From contig MU054220.1 in assembly GCA_013239625.1 (NCBI GenBank), forward strand, positions 1,479,509-1,543,508: 64,000 nt of DNA, read 5' to 3'. Under the pieces are notes generated by a model, which did no database searches, was not told the DNA's origin, and worked only from the letters and a program-made list of their open reading frames with translations. Position numbers and translations under genes: made by a program. Shown in pieces: positions 1-11,600 of the stretch (positions are counted from its first letter, which is position 1; every line of letters begins with the position of its first letter). The DNA is from Lama guanicoe (Eukaryota).

Positions 1-299
1 AGACTGGGAAGTCTCCTATATCCCATCGCAACAATTCAGGATCTTCCCTCGTATGTAGTACGTCTAGTGCTTTTTTTCTAGCTGATAAAAACAACACAAT
101 ACGTCATCGTTGTGCTCTAAGAAAAAATTTGCAAAACCTTAAAAGACTCAATATTCTACTTAACATTCAATGTTACACCCAAAGTGAGCCACAATAATCA
201 GCGAGAAACTTGGGGATGGGCTTGGAAAGCAGCACGTCTTCCTAGACAACAAACAAGCAACACGCAGCGAAGAACGGATACAAGATGGAGGACAAGGGG

Positions 300-1230
300 A
301 TAGAGAAAAGACTCCGCAAAAGACGCATGGGTGGAGCCTGACGTAATTGGAAGCAATTCTAAACTCAGACCCTTCCGCACTATTGGCTTGACGCTCACAC
401 TTTTTCCTTTTCCATTGGCTGCTGGCTCTATCAATGGGTCAAAATAGCCAATCGTCTAGCCCCGTGGGTATAGCCCTCCCTCCCCACTGTGAGGAGGAGC
501 CAGGAGCTCATATAGGGCCCAAGGCGCTTGCGCGGGCGCGCCCTATGCCGGTTAAAAGCGGATCCTTGCGGGAGGCGGTGTCGCAGTGTATGAATATTGA
601 TTACGCAGCGCCGCGCCGAACGCCCGCCCTCTCGGCTGTCCGACGCTCGCGGCTCGCGCTCGAGCTCGCGATGGGGAAGAAGTCCCGGGCGGTACCTGGC
701 CGTAGGCCTATCCTGCAGCTTTCTCCGCCGGGTCCCCGTAGCAGCACACCGGGTCGGGACCCGGAGCCGGAGCCCGACACCGAGCCGGACTCAACGGCGG
801 CGGTGCCTAGCCAGCCAGCCCCGCCCGCGGCCCCGACGACGACGACCGCGGTGACTGCCGCCGCGGCGCTCGACGACTCGCCTTCAGAAGGTAAGCGTGC
901 GCAAGGCGCACCGGCCCCTAGGTGGGGCGTCGGAAACTCGAGCTCGGGGCTTGCGGCCTAGGCCTCTCAGGCTCGGCACTGGGACGAAGAGCAACCCCGG
1001 CGGGCGGCGTCCGCATCCGAGGCCTGCGGTGAGCACGGCTGTGGGCCTCAGGGAGGCGGAAGGGGCTGCCGACTCGTGTGCGATCGGCCGGAGCCTACCC
1101 GGAGACGCCATCTCTGGCGCAGGGATTGGACTGGCCCGGGCACCTTGTCTACTCTGCGTCTGCTCTCCGTTTTGGATAACTTACAGGGTAAATGTGAGAG
1201 TTGTTGTTTCCGCGTCCTAGGTTTGGAGAC
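300..1230 (+). promoter_or_regulatory. FNBP4: FNBP4 CpG-island promoter/first exon region with CRE-like site and four CCAAT boxes
   Basis: GC/CpG-rich block against AT-rich flanks; TGACGTAA 339-346; ATTGG 346-350, 382-386, 414-418; CCAAT 448-452. Confidence 0.85.
671..890 (+). CDS. FNBP4: FNBP4 coding exon 1
   Basis: GCGATGG start; ends AAG|gtaagc; 220 nt. Confidence 0.95.
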
Positions 1231-4200
1231 CGTGGATCCTGTCCTTTTTTGCACGTCATCTGCTTTTCCCTTCGTTCTTGTTGAAATCGAGAGATTCTTT
1301 AGAAGTGAGCATAGCATTTTTATTACGCCAGCCAAAGTGAAAGTAACCCCTAATGGTCAGGTATCACAAAAATTCCTGGAGAAGTGGAACATGGGTTCCC
1401 GAGTACTTGTGTTTATTCCCAGAATGGTACTTGGATTAAGAGTAACCGAACAATGATACTACAGGGCCAGGCGCCGAAAGACCCCTAATTATTTCAGGTG
1501 TTTAAAAAAAAAATCACGTTGAGTAGCTCATACAAAAAAAAAATGCTCTAGTTGTGCTTGTTGTAAAAGCCCTATGGTAGCCTGGAGAAGTATTGGGGGG
1601 GGTGTTTAATCTTGGGATCATATCACATGTAATTTTTACGTACATGTATAAATGTAGACTCGAAAGGTCAAATCGAAGATTGTTTTGTCACATGTAATGT
1701 TTTCTCTGTCCCATTGTCTTACTGTAGTTCTCTTGTTCGTATTTTAAGATCCAGATGAACAGGAAGTGGTGGTGGAGGTTCCCAGAGTTGTTCCGAATCC
1801 TCCTAAACCAGTCATGACCACCAGGCCCACTGCCGTTAAAGCAACAGGTATAGATTTTATTTTTTCCCGTTTTTGTCTACTGTATCTTTCATTAGGATCA
1901 CACTGGGCTTGTGTATGGCGTGTTTTGATGAATGCTTTAGTGTTCTTAATTTATAGTTCTCAAAAAATGGAAATTTAAAATTTTTGAATGTGACGGCTTG
2001 TTGATATTTACGCTTTAGCCAATGTAAAATTTGTTGTTCCTTTTTCTCTGCAGCCAAAATAGTTTGTACTGCTTTTTTTCTGATGCTGTTTTGTAACTAG
2101 TTTTCTGGCTCCCCCACTATTTTGGCATTCTTTAGGGACACCAACTACATCTTTTCATTATGTTTCTTTTCTCACACACTGCTTGGATTGGTATCTAGCA
2201 GGTAGGTGTTTGTGGAGCTGAAAATTGCTCTTATTGAATATTTTATAATCACGAAAAGGTATTTGCAACAAATGTTTTGTAGACAAACCTGGGTTCATAT
2301 CACCACTCTGGCATCCATACTAAGACCTCAGGACCTTATTCATCTGTGTAATGGATCGTAACAGCCCTAAATTTATTTTGATGATTAAACTGAACCATGT
2401 ATATACATTTCTGACACACAAGTGCCAAGAATGTTAGTTTTCTCTACTTTTTGTATATCTTAAAAATTTTAAATATATTTTTGGACTGGAACATTGTGCT
2501 GTACACCAGAAATTGACAAATTGTAACTGATGGTAATTTTAAAAGTATATATATAGTTACTAAATACTCTATAATTGGTAGTAATTTTATTCTTTTGAAT
2601 TTGGAGGACTTTTTGTACAGTATGACACCTAAAATAAGATGCTTGTCTCCCTCCACCCCCATTTGCCACTTAAAAAAACAAGTGTGGATTAGATAAGGTA
2701 AAACAGGCTGTGAGAGAAATTCCAGAACTGAGAAATACCATTTTGTATGTGTAAACTACATGTATTATTTCATTTGGGTCTTCTAAGAGTCATGTGCAGT
2801 AGGTGAAATTTAAATGTTCCTATGAGAAATTTCCTTGGTTGCAGTGTCACTCAGCATTTCAGGCCTTTATGTGCCTTGTGAACAGAAGTGTTTTCATTCT
2901 GCTCATTTTCATCCTGCAACACAAGAATGTATCAGCTTTATTCATCTTTTACTAATTGGTATGATCCATAGGAAAAAAATTTGTCTAACAAAACCCAAAG
3001 GTAAACAGTTTTCCATTATTTGCATGGCTTTGTAAAGTAAACTAGACTATATTTTTTTAAGATGATAATAGTTTAAAAATTTTACTTTTATCTCCATAAA
3101 CATGCCAGATTTCTTTGCACAAAGGTGAAATTTAAATTTTGTTATTTTAAGTTAAGCTTTTATAATATAGAGAAGCATTCCTAGTACTTTCATGCTAACA
3201 AATATTTTGGTGTATGCATGTGAAATTAAGGGAAAATTCAGAATAAGTTCTGTTAAATTAGGTCAATAGACTAATATAATAGTCGGCAGTATTTAAGCAT
3301 CTTCTAATAAAGGGTATTTAATGTGGTCTCATAGATGAGTGTTAGAGGTCTGTGAATCCCTTGAAATTGCACAGTCAAGTGTGTTTTCCTGAGAAAAGAT
3401 CCATAGGTTTTATCATTTTCATTGTATCTGACCAAAAGGGTTAAAAGTCACTGTTCAAACAATAATATAAGGAAATAATAAGAGTTTCTAGAGGTATAAG
3501 ACACAGTTACTATTTGAAGCTTACCAGGAAAGTAAAGTATATATGTAAGAAATAATTCACTGCCAGATATCATTAGTTGATTTGCAAATTGTGTGGCACC
3601 ATCCACTAGGGGTTTGAAGAGTCACCGCTCATCTTAAAAAAGATCTCTGAGGGCAATGGCTCAAAAGAATCGCCTTGCTTCTGGTTTCAAGTAGCAACAG
3701 CTTCCCAATGGTAGTCTAGAAGCCTGGTCCTGTGAGGCTTTTATTTTTCTGAGATTATGCAGTTTTGCATAATGTGAAATTTTTTTTAGTGTTACTCTGA
3801 ATTCATGCCTGTTTTTATTAATGTATGAACTAAATTTTCAGAGGTATGTTTAGGATTTATATTCATTTCATAACTTGATTTTATCCTTCATTTATTCCTT
3901 TAGCATTACTTTTTGTCCCCTTAACAATATTTTATGTAATCCCATAATGGTCTAAACTAAGAAGTGTTTATGTAAAAATATAAATTTCCCATCATCTCCC
4001 ACCAAAAAAACCCATCCAGTGCTGAAAACTAAAGTGCAGATTTTTTCTGTACAGAAATCTCTCATGTACTTCTACCCTTACCTTGTGTTCAGAAAATGTG
4101 GGAGATTGACTGGTATGCCCACCCAAAAAATGAGATACGTTTAATAACTTCTCAAATGTCTGCTTAAAGTTTTTCCTAATTAGCTTAAAATAATACTTTG

Positions 4201-5572
4201 GAATTGATATATAGTGTAACAACTTAGCTATGTACTTTAAAAAAAATAATGGAAGCAAGATTTAAAGTATTGAATAAGAACTCTTGTATGATAAATGAAG
4301 CAACTTATGTTTAGTTTTAGGTAAATCCATGAATTTATTTATGAAATTGTGACAAGGAGAAGTAGATTTTCATCTCCTGATTAATCTGCTTAGTTACCAA
4401 TATTTATTGACAACATAGAATATGCCAGGCACTGGAAAATTTAGTCTCATTTATAACTGAAAAGTGTAGCTAGACTTAAATATTTCATGTACCTATTATA
4501 GTAAAATGATATATAAAGAGGGTATATGTACTTACTTAATTGTAACATTGGAGTAGCCACAGGTGATACAAAAGGAAATGGTATGAACATTGATCCACTA
4601 ATAAAAAAAATATAAGTTCAGAAAAAGTTTTTAAAAGGAAATGGCATTGCAGCATTACAGAGACCATACCTAGCACCACTGGAGTGTGAGTTTTGGTTTT
4701 AGCTAGGGAGTTTTTTTGTGGTTTTCATTTGTTTTGGTTTTGGTTCTAGCATCTTGGGTTCTGTTTTAATTCACCACTTCTTGTTTAAGGGAAAAATCAT
4801 TGGAAAAGAGCTTTGTTTTTCACTTTGAAAATCTCCTTGTTTCATTTACTAAATCCTATTTGGTTTACTTGTTTGAGATGGACACCTGAATCAACAGATT
4901 AAAAAATCAAGATACACTGTGTGTGATTTTCACAGAGGGCATATGAGATTGAATAATTAATTATGTATTTTGAAAAGAATGTCAAATTGCTATGCACATT
5001 GATTTTATTAGTTCTGTGTGCATAATTATACCTCTCTGGTAGTTCATTGCAGACTTTTTTCAGATTATTTTCCATAAGTAAGGTAAATGGCTAAAGAATC
5101 ACATTTTCTCTTGGATACTTTTCTAGGACTTTTTGGCATTGTTGTTACTAACGATGTTCACCTTTTTGTTTCTAGGAGGTCTGTGCTTGCTTGGTGCATA
5201 TGCTGACAGTGATGATGAAGAGAGTGATGTTTCAGAAAAACCAGCACAATCTAAAGAAGCGAATGGAAACCAGTCAACTGATATTGATAGTACATTGGCC
5301 AACTTCTTAGCGGTTAGTGGTGCTTTTGTTTGGGTTTTTAATGATTGAAGCCACTTCAGGACCTGAATTTCAAGCGGTTAGCCTCCTTGTCAATCTGTCT
5401 CCCACTCCACCTCTCTTCCTTAGTCCCTCCCCAGCTCTCTCCCTTTTCTCTTATTGTAACAGTTGTAAGGAGAAAAATGGGGAAGAGGAGGGTTTTGACT
5501 TAAGAAGCTGAGAACCCAGTGTGTAGGGGTTGTTTTTTTTTTTTTTAAGTAATTGCCATTTTCTCTCTCTCT

Positions 5573-5620
<48 letters not shown>

Positions 5621-8600
5621 TTTTAATGTAATTAATGCATTTGTTACTATTTTCATTCTAAAGGAGATTGATGCTATAACAGCTCCTCAGCCTGCAACTC
5701 CTGTTGGAGCTTCTGCCCCACCTCCAACTCCACCTCGGCCAGAGCCAAAGGAGTCCACATCTGCCCTTTCTTCTACTGCTCCAAATGGAACAGACTCAAC
5801 CCAGACTGCAGGGTGGCAGTATGATACTCAGTGTTCACTGGCAGGAGGTAAGCTTGAACCTTTGAGTTTCAAAGAAATCTAAAGTGCATTTCTTAAGGGT
5901 GTTCTAGGTTTTGAGGTTCCCAAAGATGAACGCCCATATGCTTTGGCCCTAGACTTTAGGATTCTGACTTTTTAAATAGAGTATTTGGAAAATGAGAAAT
6001 ACCAGGATTTATTTTTGTCTATTAAAAGATGATTGTTTGCTTTTTAATAAACTAGTGGTAGATTATGCCTGGTAAATAGTAAAAGCCATTATTTTAAAAA
6101 GTCTTTTGGGGTTCAGAATACATTTTTCAACTATCAAACTGTTTTTTAAACCATGTTTGCAAAAATGATTCAGGAGGGAGGAGTTTTCCCCCAGTGGACA
6201 CTGACAGTGTCTGCAGAGTTTTTGGTTGTCTCAATGTGGGGCTAAAGGGGCTGTTGCTGCATCTGGTGAGAGACCAGGATGCTGCCAAACACTGTGTAGA
6301 ACTGCCCTCCACAGTAAAGAACTGTCCTGCCCATGTTTAGCTGCGCTGAGGTGTAGAAACTCTATGTTAGATTGTTATGGCTTTGCAGTTGACTTACAGG
6401 AATATGTGCTTCTTAAAATTTATTTTATTTTCTTGTAGTTGGAATTGAGATGGGAGATTGGCAGGAGGTCTGGGATGAGAACACGGGATGCTATTATTAT
6501 TGGAACACACAAACAAATGAAGTGACTTGGGAGTTACCCCAATATCTTGCCACCCAGGTACAGGGATTACAACATTACCAGCCCAGGTAAGAACAGACTT
6601 GAAAAAGAAATCACCTAGAAGGAAACTAGAGTATTATTTTTTACTGGTAGTATTTGCCTTCTGCTTCTCTTGCTAAGTATACATGTATTTTTTTTTTTTA
6701 GTTCTGTAACAGGTGCTGAAGCTAGTTTTGTGGTAAATACGGATATGTATACTAAGGAGAAAAATACTTCTGTTTCAAGTAGTAAAAGCGGACCAGTCAC
6801 AGTCAAGCGAGAAGTTAAAAAGGTCAGTGTTACAACATAATGTCATCTGCCTGTTTTCCAATCTAAAGAACTTTAATGTTATTCTGGCACAGGTATATGA
6901 GCCTTCTGTTAATATTTTATAGCGTAGATGTGAAATGGGATAAATTTTATTTCTTAAAATTTCACTTCATCTGTTTCTGTTTTGTGGCATTCATAGCAGT
7001 CACCCAGTTCTGTAGTCCTTTTGGAGCTTCAGGGTGCCATAGAGGCACCTTGGATCATTGTGAAGGACACGGGAGCAGCCAGGAAGGAAGGCAGGCAGGC
7101 AGGGCCTCAGCTCCCCTCTCTAATTCCTCTAATCCAGAATAGTTGTATTTGGGGATTCCACTTAAGTTTTTTTTAATAAGAAGATTAGCTACCTTAAAAG
7201 TTAAAAACGACTGGTGAAACGAGTATTTTTATAGTCTTGTCAATAAGAAAAGTAAGTTGTGCTCTACAGAGACTGTGTTGAATTCTAACTTACCTTGTAT
7301 TTTTAAATGATGGAGGGGATTGTGTCAACAATTGCTTTTTTTTTTTTTAAGTATAGTTGATTTACAATTTTGTAAAAAGTGCTTTTGTAGAGTAAGTTAA
7401 CCTTTACAGCTCTAGGAGTGTAGAATGAATATCCCAGTGGCAAAATGAGACATTTTAATCACATACTTCATTTTAGAAATAGTTCTCTTTCCTCTAAATC
7501 ACCTTCACAACGTAACTGTGAAGTTATGTCATCATATAGAAGAGGAAGGTAAAGATTTATCCAGTTATGTGTTGAACTGACAAAATTCTGATCTTGTTTA
7601 AATCTGCTTCTGCGTCTTACTAGTCTGCCTTTTGACATAGACACTAGGAGGGAAGATACGTTTGAGTCCCACCCAGAACTAGGTTCTAGTTCAAATACTG
7701 CCTTCCTGAAAAAGCAATGTTTCCATTATGTACAAGGAAAATGGTAGAAATATGTATACTGATCTTATGGGAGTCAGTGGCTTTTAAGAATATCCAGTGA
7801 CTGAAAAAGTATGGTCATTTTTAACAAGAACAATTACATATACTGTATAATCGGGTGAGATTTCTTTGAAAATGAAGTGGGATTATTTTATTCTTTATAG
7901 GAAGTAAATGAAGGAATTCAGGCTCTCTCAAATAGTGAGGAGGAGAAGAAGGGGGTGGCAGCATCACTGCTTGCTCCTCTATTGCCTGAGGGAATAAAAG
8001 AGGAAGAAGAGAGATGGAGAAGAAAAGTAATTTGTAAAGAAGTAGAGCCAGTTTCAGAAGAGAAAGAAGCAAGTACAACAGAAGAAGCAACAGTAGTAAA
8101 GCCACCGGAAATTCTGTTGGACAGTATGGAAGACCCTACTCAGGAGGATCTTTGCAGTGTTGTTCAGTCTGGAGAAAGTGAAGAGGAAGAAGAACAAGAT
8201 ACCCTTGAGCTAGAGCTTGTATTGGAAAGGAAAAAAGTAAGTTTTTCTTAAAAATGTTTTCTTCCTTCAGTACTATTATACTCTGGGATCTTGGTGCTCA
8301 ATTTACAGCCATTCTTGGGATTTTGTTCGTCTTATCCTTTCATCTAGAATTGTTTAAGCTTATGTAATAAAAACTTGAACAGTGGAGTTGCAGTTACTTG
8401 GGTCCCTGATGATGCTTTTTGGTGACTGACAAACAATGAAGCTAACATTGTTCTGATTTGAGGACAGATACAGTAAATAATGTATCTTTGATTTAGCTTC
8501 ATAACAAATAAGCATTGCTAATTCTTGTAGTAATCCGGTTTTTAACACAACAATTAAAGTACAAGTTGATTTTCAGTGATGAGCTACAGCATTGTTTGGA

Positions 8601-11600
8601 TAGTTAAGTGGGCCTTGTAAGAAAACAGGAGAATTAAGAGGAACTCATTATTTCATGTGCTTTCCTTTTTAAAAAGGAAACTTTCCTGATTGAAAAGTTG
8701 ATTTGTACCTATTTTCTGCCCTGATTTTATTGGGAACAGTTTTCTCTATATCTTGATGAGTATGAAATAAAATCTGAACAGCTGTTATAACAGTAATATC
8801 ACCTTGAAGTGTCCCCTTTTGAAAAATTTGAAGCTATGAAGAGGGGCTAGCTAAGTTAAGCATTATCTTTTGTGTACATGTATTGGGAAATCTGTTGGTG
8901 GATCTTTAGAACCTATCCCCCTTCAGATCAATATTTGTTAACTGTAATCATGAATAAGCATTTATTGAGTAATAATAGAATATGGAGCGTATAATGCTCA
9001 GTCCTGGTGGAAAAACATATTAAGAAATACTTCCTGTCTTCAAAGGATTTAAATTCAAAAAACACACGGCTATCATTCTTGCTACTCTCGTACATGTAGA
9101 TAAACAGTTAATGACACTCTGACTTTATTTTCACGTTCATTGTAGGCAGAGTTGCGTGCCTTGGAAGAAGGAGATGGTAGTGTGTCAGGGTCTAGTCCAT
9201 GTTCTGATATCAGCCAGCCAGCATCTCAAGATGGAATGCGTAGACTTATGTCTAAAAGAGGAAAATGGAAGATGTTTGTTCGAGCTACCAGTCCAGAATC
9301 TACCAGCCGCAGTTCTAGCAAAACTGGACGAGACACTCCAGAAAATGGAGAAACTGGTAAATTGTGCTTTAATTAAACTTTAGAGTTGAAAAATGTACAG
9401 CAGAAATCCTTCTTACCCTATTTTTGTTCCGTCTTCAGGAAATAGAGGGAGTTAGCACTTTCACCCTCTTAGGGAAGGAAGCTTCCACCTTTCCCTGCTT
9501 CACCTCTAGTGGAGGAGGAGTAAGAATCTGAGAGGCTGGCATTTGTTGGATTGTGTATTCACTACTGATTTAGGGGATTACTTCTCCCTCAAAAACAGAA
9601 AAGTGAGATTGGGTCCCTCTCCCCCTTTTTGTTAATCACTTGCTACAGTAATTGTCTTGATACTGTATAAAGACCAGTGCTCTCCTTAGCTCTCTGTTTC
9701 CAGTTGGTAAGCAAGGGAGGTAAGGACCACCTCTGGGAAACCCAGCCTCATCTTCTCTCTCTGGGTACAAGTTGCCCGGCCTTTGGTTGGGTGTATAGTT
9801 TGGAACTGACATGAGAGCCCAAGTTGTCTTCAGGGTAATGTAAAAGAGACCCTGCTGCATTTTTCCAATCTGTTATCAGAACTAATTTTAATCACTAAAC
9901 TTTGTGCCAAGCAGAAGATACCTTTTACAGGTTATGATTAAAATATATGTGTGTGTGTGTGTGTGTGTAACAAATAAACCAAAACACAGGTAATAAATGT
10001 AAACATCCTTGTTTGAATTTTTTCTTTCCAATCAACAACATGGAAGAATATGAAGTAGAATTCTTAAAGTCCCCCTTTCATCTTTTCACTATTCTCATTC
10101 CCTACCCATGAGATCCATTTCTTTCTTCTTTATCTACATACGTTCTTATAGAGTTTTCCTCAATTTATACATACATTTGTAGTTGTGTATTTGTGTGTGT
10201 GTGTGTGTGTTATGTGCATGTGTAAATTTTATCATAGATGAGATTAACCATGTGGATTGTTAGGCAACATACTTTTCCAACATGCCTTGAAAATTGGTTT
10301 TAACTGCTAAGCGGCAAGGATGTCTTCATTTAATTCTTCCCCCATCAGTGGCCATTTAAGTTGTGTCCTTGTTTCACTCTTAAAAATTAATGCATTTCTG
10401 TTATCCAAAAAAAGTGTAAGCCATTCAAGTGTCCATCAAAAAAATGGATAAATTATGGTATAATCTTGCAACTGAATACTGAACAGGAATTAAAAAATAA
10501 GTGACCCATTGTTACATGCATCAACTTGGGTTAATCTCAGAAACAATGTTGAATTTCAAAAGCCGCAGAAGAATGCATATGTTAGTATCCTCTGTGTAAG
10601 TTGGAAAAAAAGCAAAAATATTGTTTAAAGATCTGTCTATGATGAAACCAAAGGAAGGTACTTAACTGACATCATCAGACTACGTGTGTCTGGTGTGAGC
10701 ATGATGGCACAGAGGCCCGGGGAGCTTGGAAATGTTATTAATGGTCTTCTGTCAGGGTGGGTTGTAGTCACGTGAATGCGTGTGCTTTAAACTATTATAC
10801 TCATTAGTTATGATTCTTCACAATTAAAATACTGTGATAAACATCTTGGTACATCCTTTGTCTTTATGCAGATTTTAGTGTCATTATAGTATATATTCTT
10901 AGTGTTGTATTGCTAGGTCAAGGGGTATGTGCGTTTTAATTTGATAGATCCTGCCTAATTGCCCTCCAAAATAATCAAGTCTTGGGGCTCTAGCACTGCT
11001 TAAAATTAAGTTCTTAAACCTGCCACCAAATGTAAGATGTCTAATATACAAATAAACTAGTGAGTGGGGGAGTAGAAAGATTTAATTTTAGACAATTTGA
11101 AAATGCAGAAGGACTATTAACAATCAAATAAAAGGATTAAGGCCATTTTATGGTAAGATTAAGTACTTAATACAAAATTTTAGGTTAATAAAAGCTGTCA
11201 AAAATAATGTTAAAGTCACATTTCTTTAGATCAAAATTAACCAGAGTTAAGAAAAGGTACTCAAATTTGTTCCTTTTTTTTTTTTTGATCTGTGATCCTC
11301 CTGAGAGATTGATTTACTTTGTGTGTGTGGATTAGGTTGGTAATCTGGTGTTAAGCAAACATAACAGAGTTCGTATGTTTTAGTCCATTTAAGTTTGTGG
11401 TAAACCTGGTCTCAGAGATTCCCTCTACCAGCAGATAGCACCAACCAGAAGAGTGTGTGGGTCCAATAAAAATCGTCTTCAAATCTTAACCAGTTCAGGA
11501 AGGAGGTTAATTGGTCGTTTAAAATGGTGGTCTCATTTTGAAAGCTTTTCCAAAACCCACTTGATAAAGAACCCTTACGTATTCTAGGTTTGATATCTAG

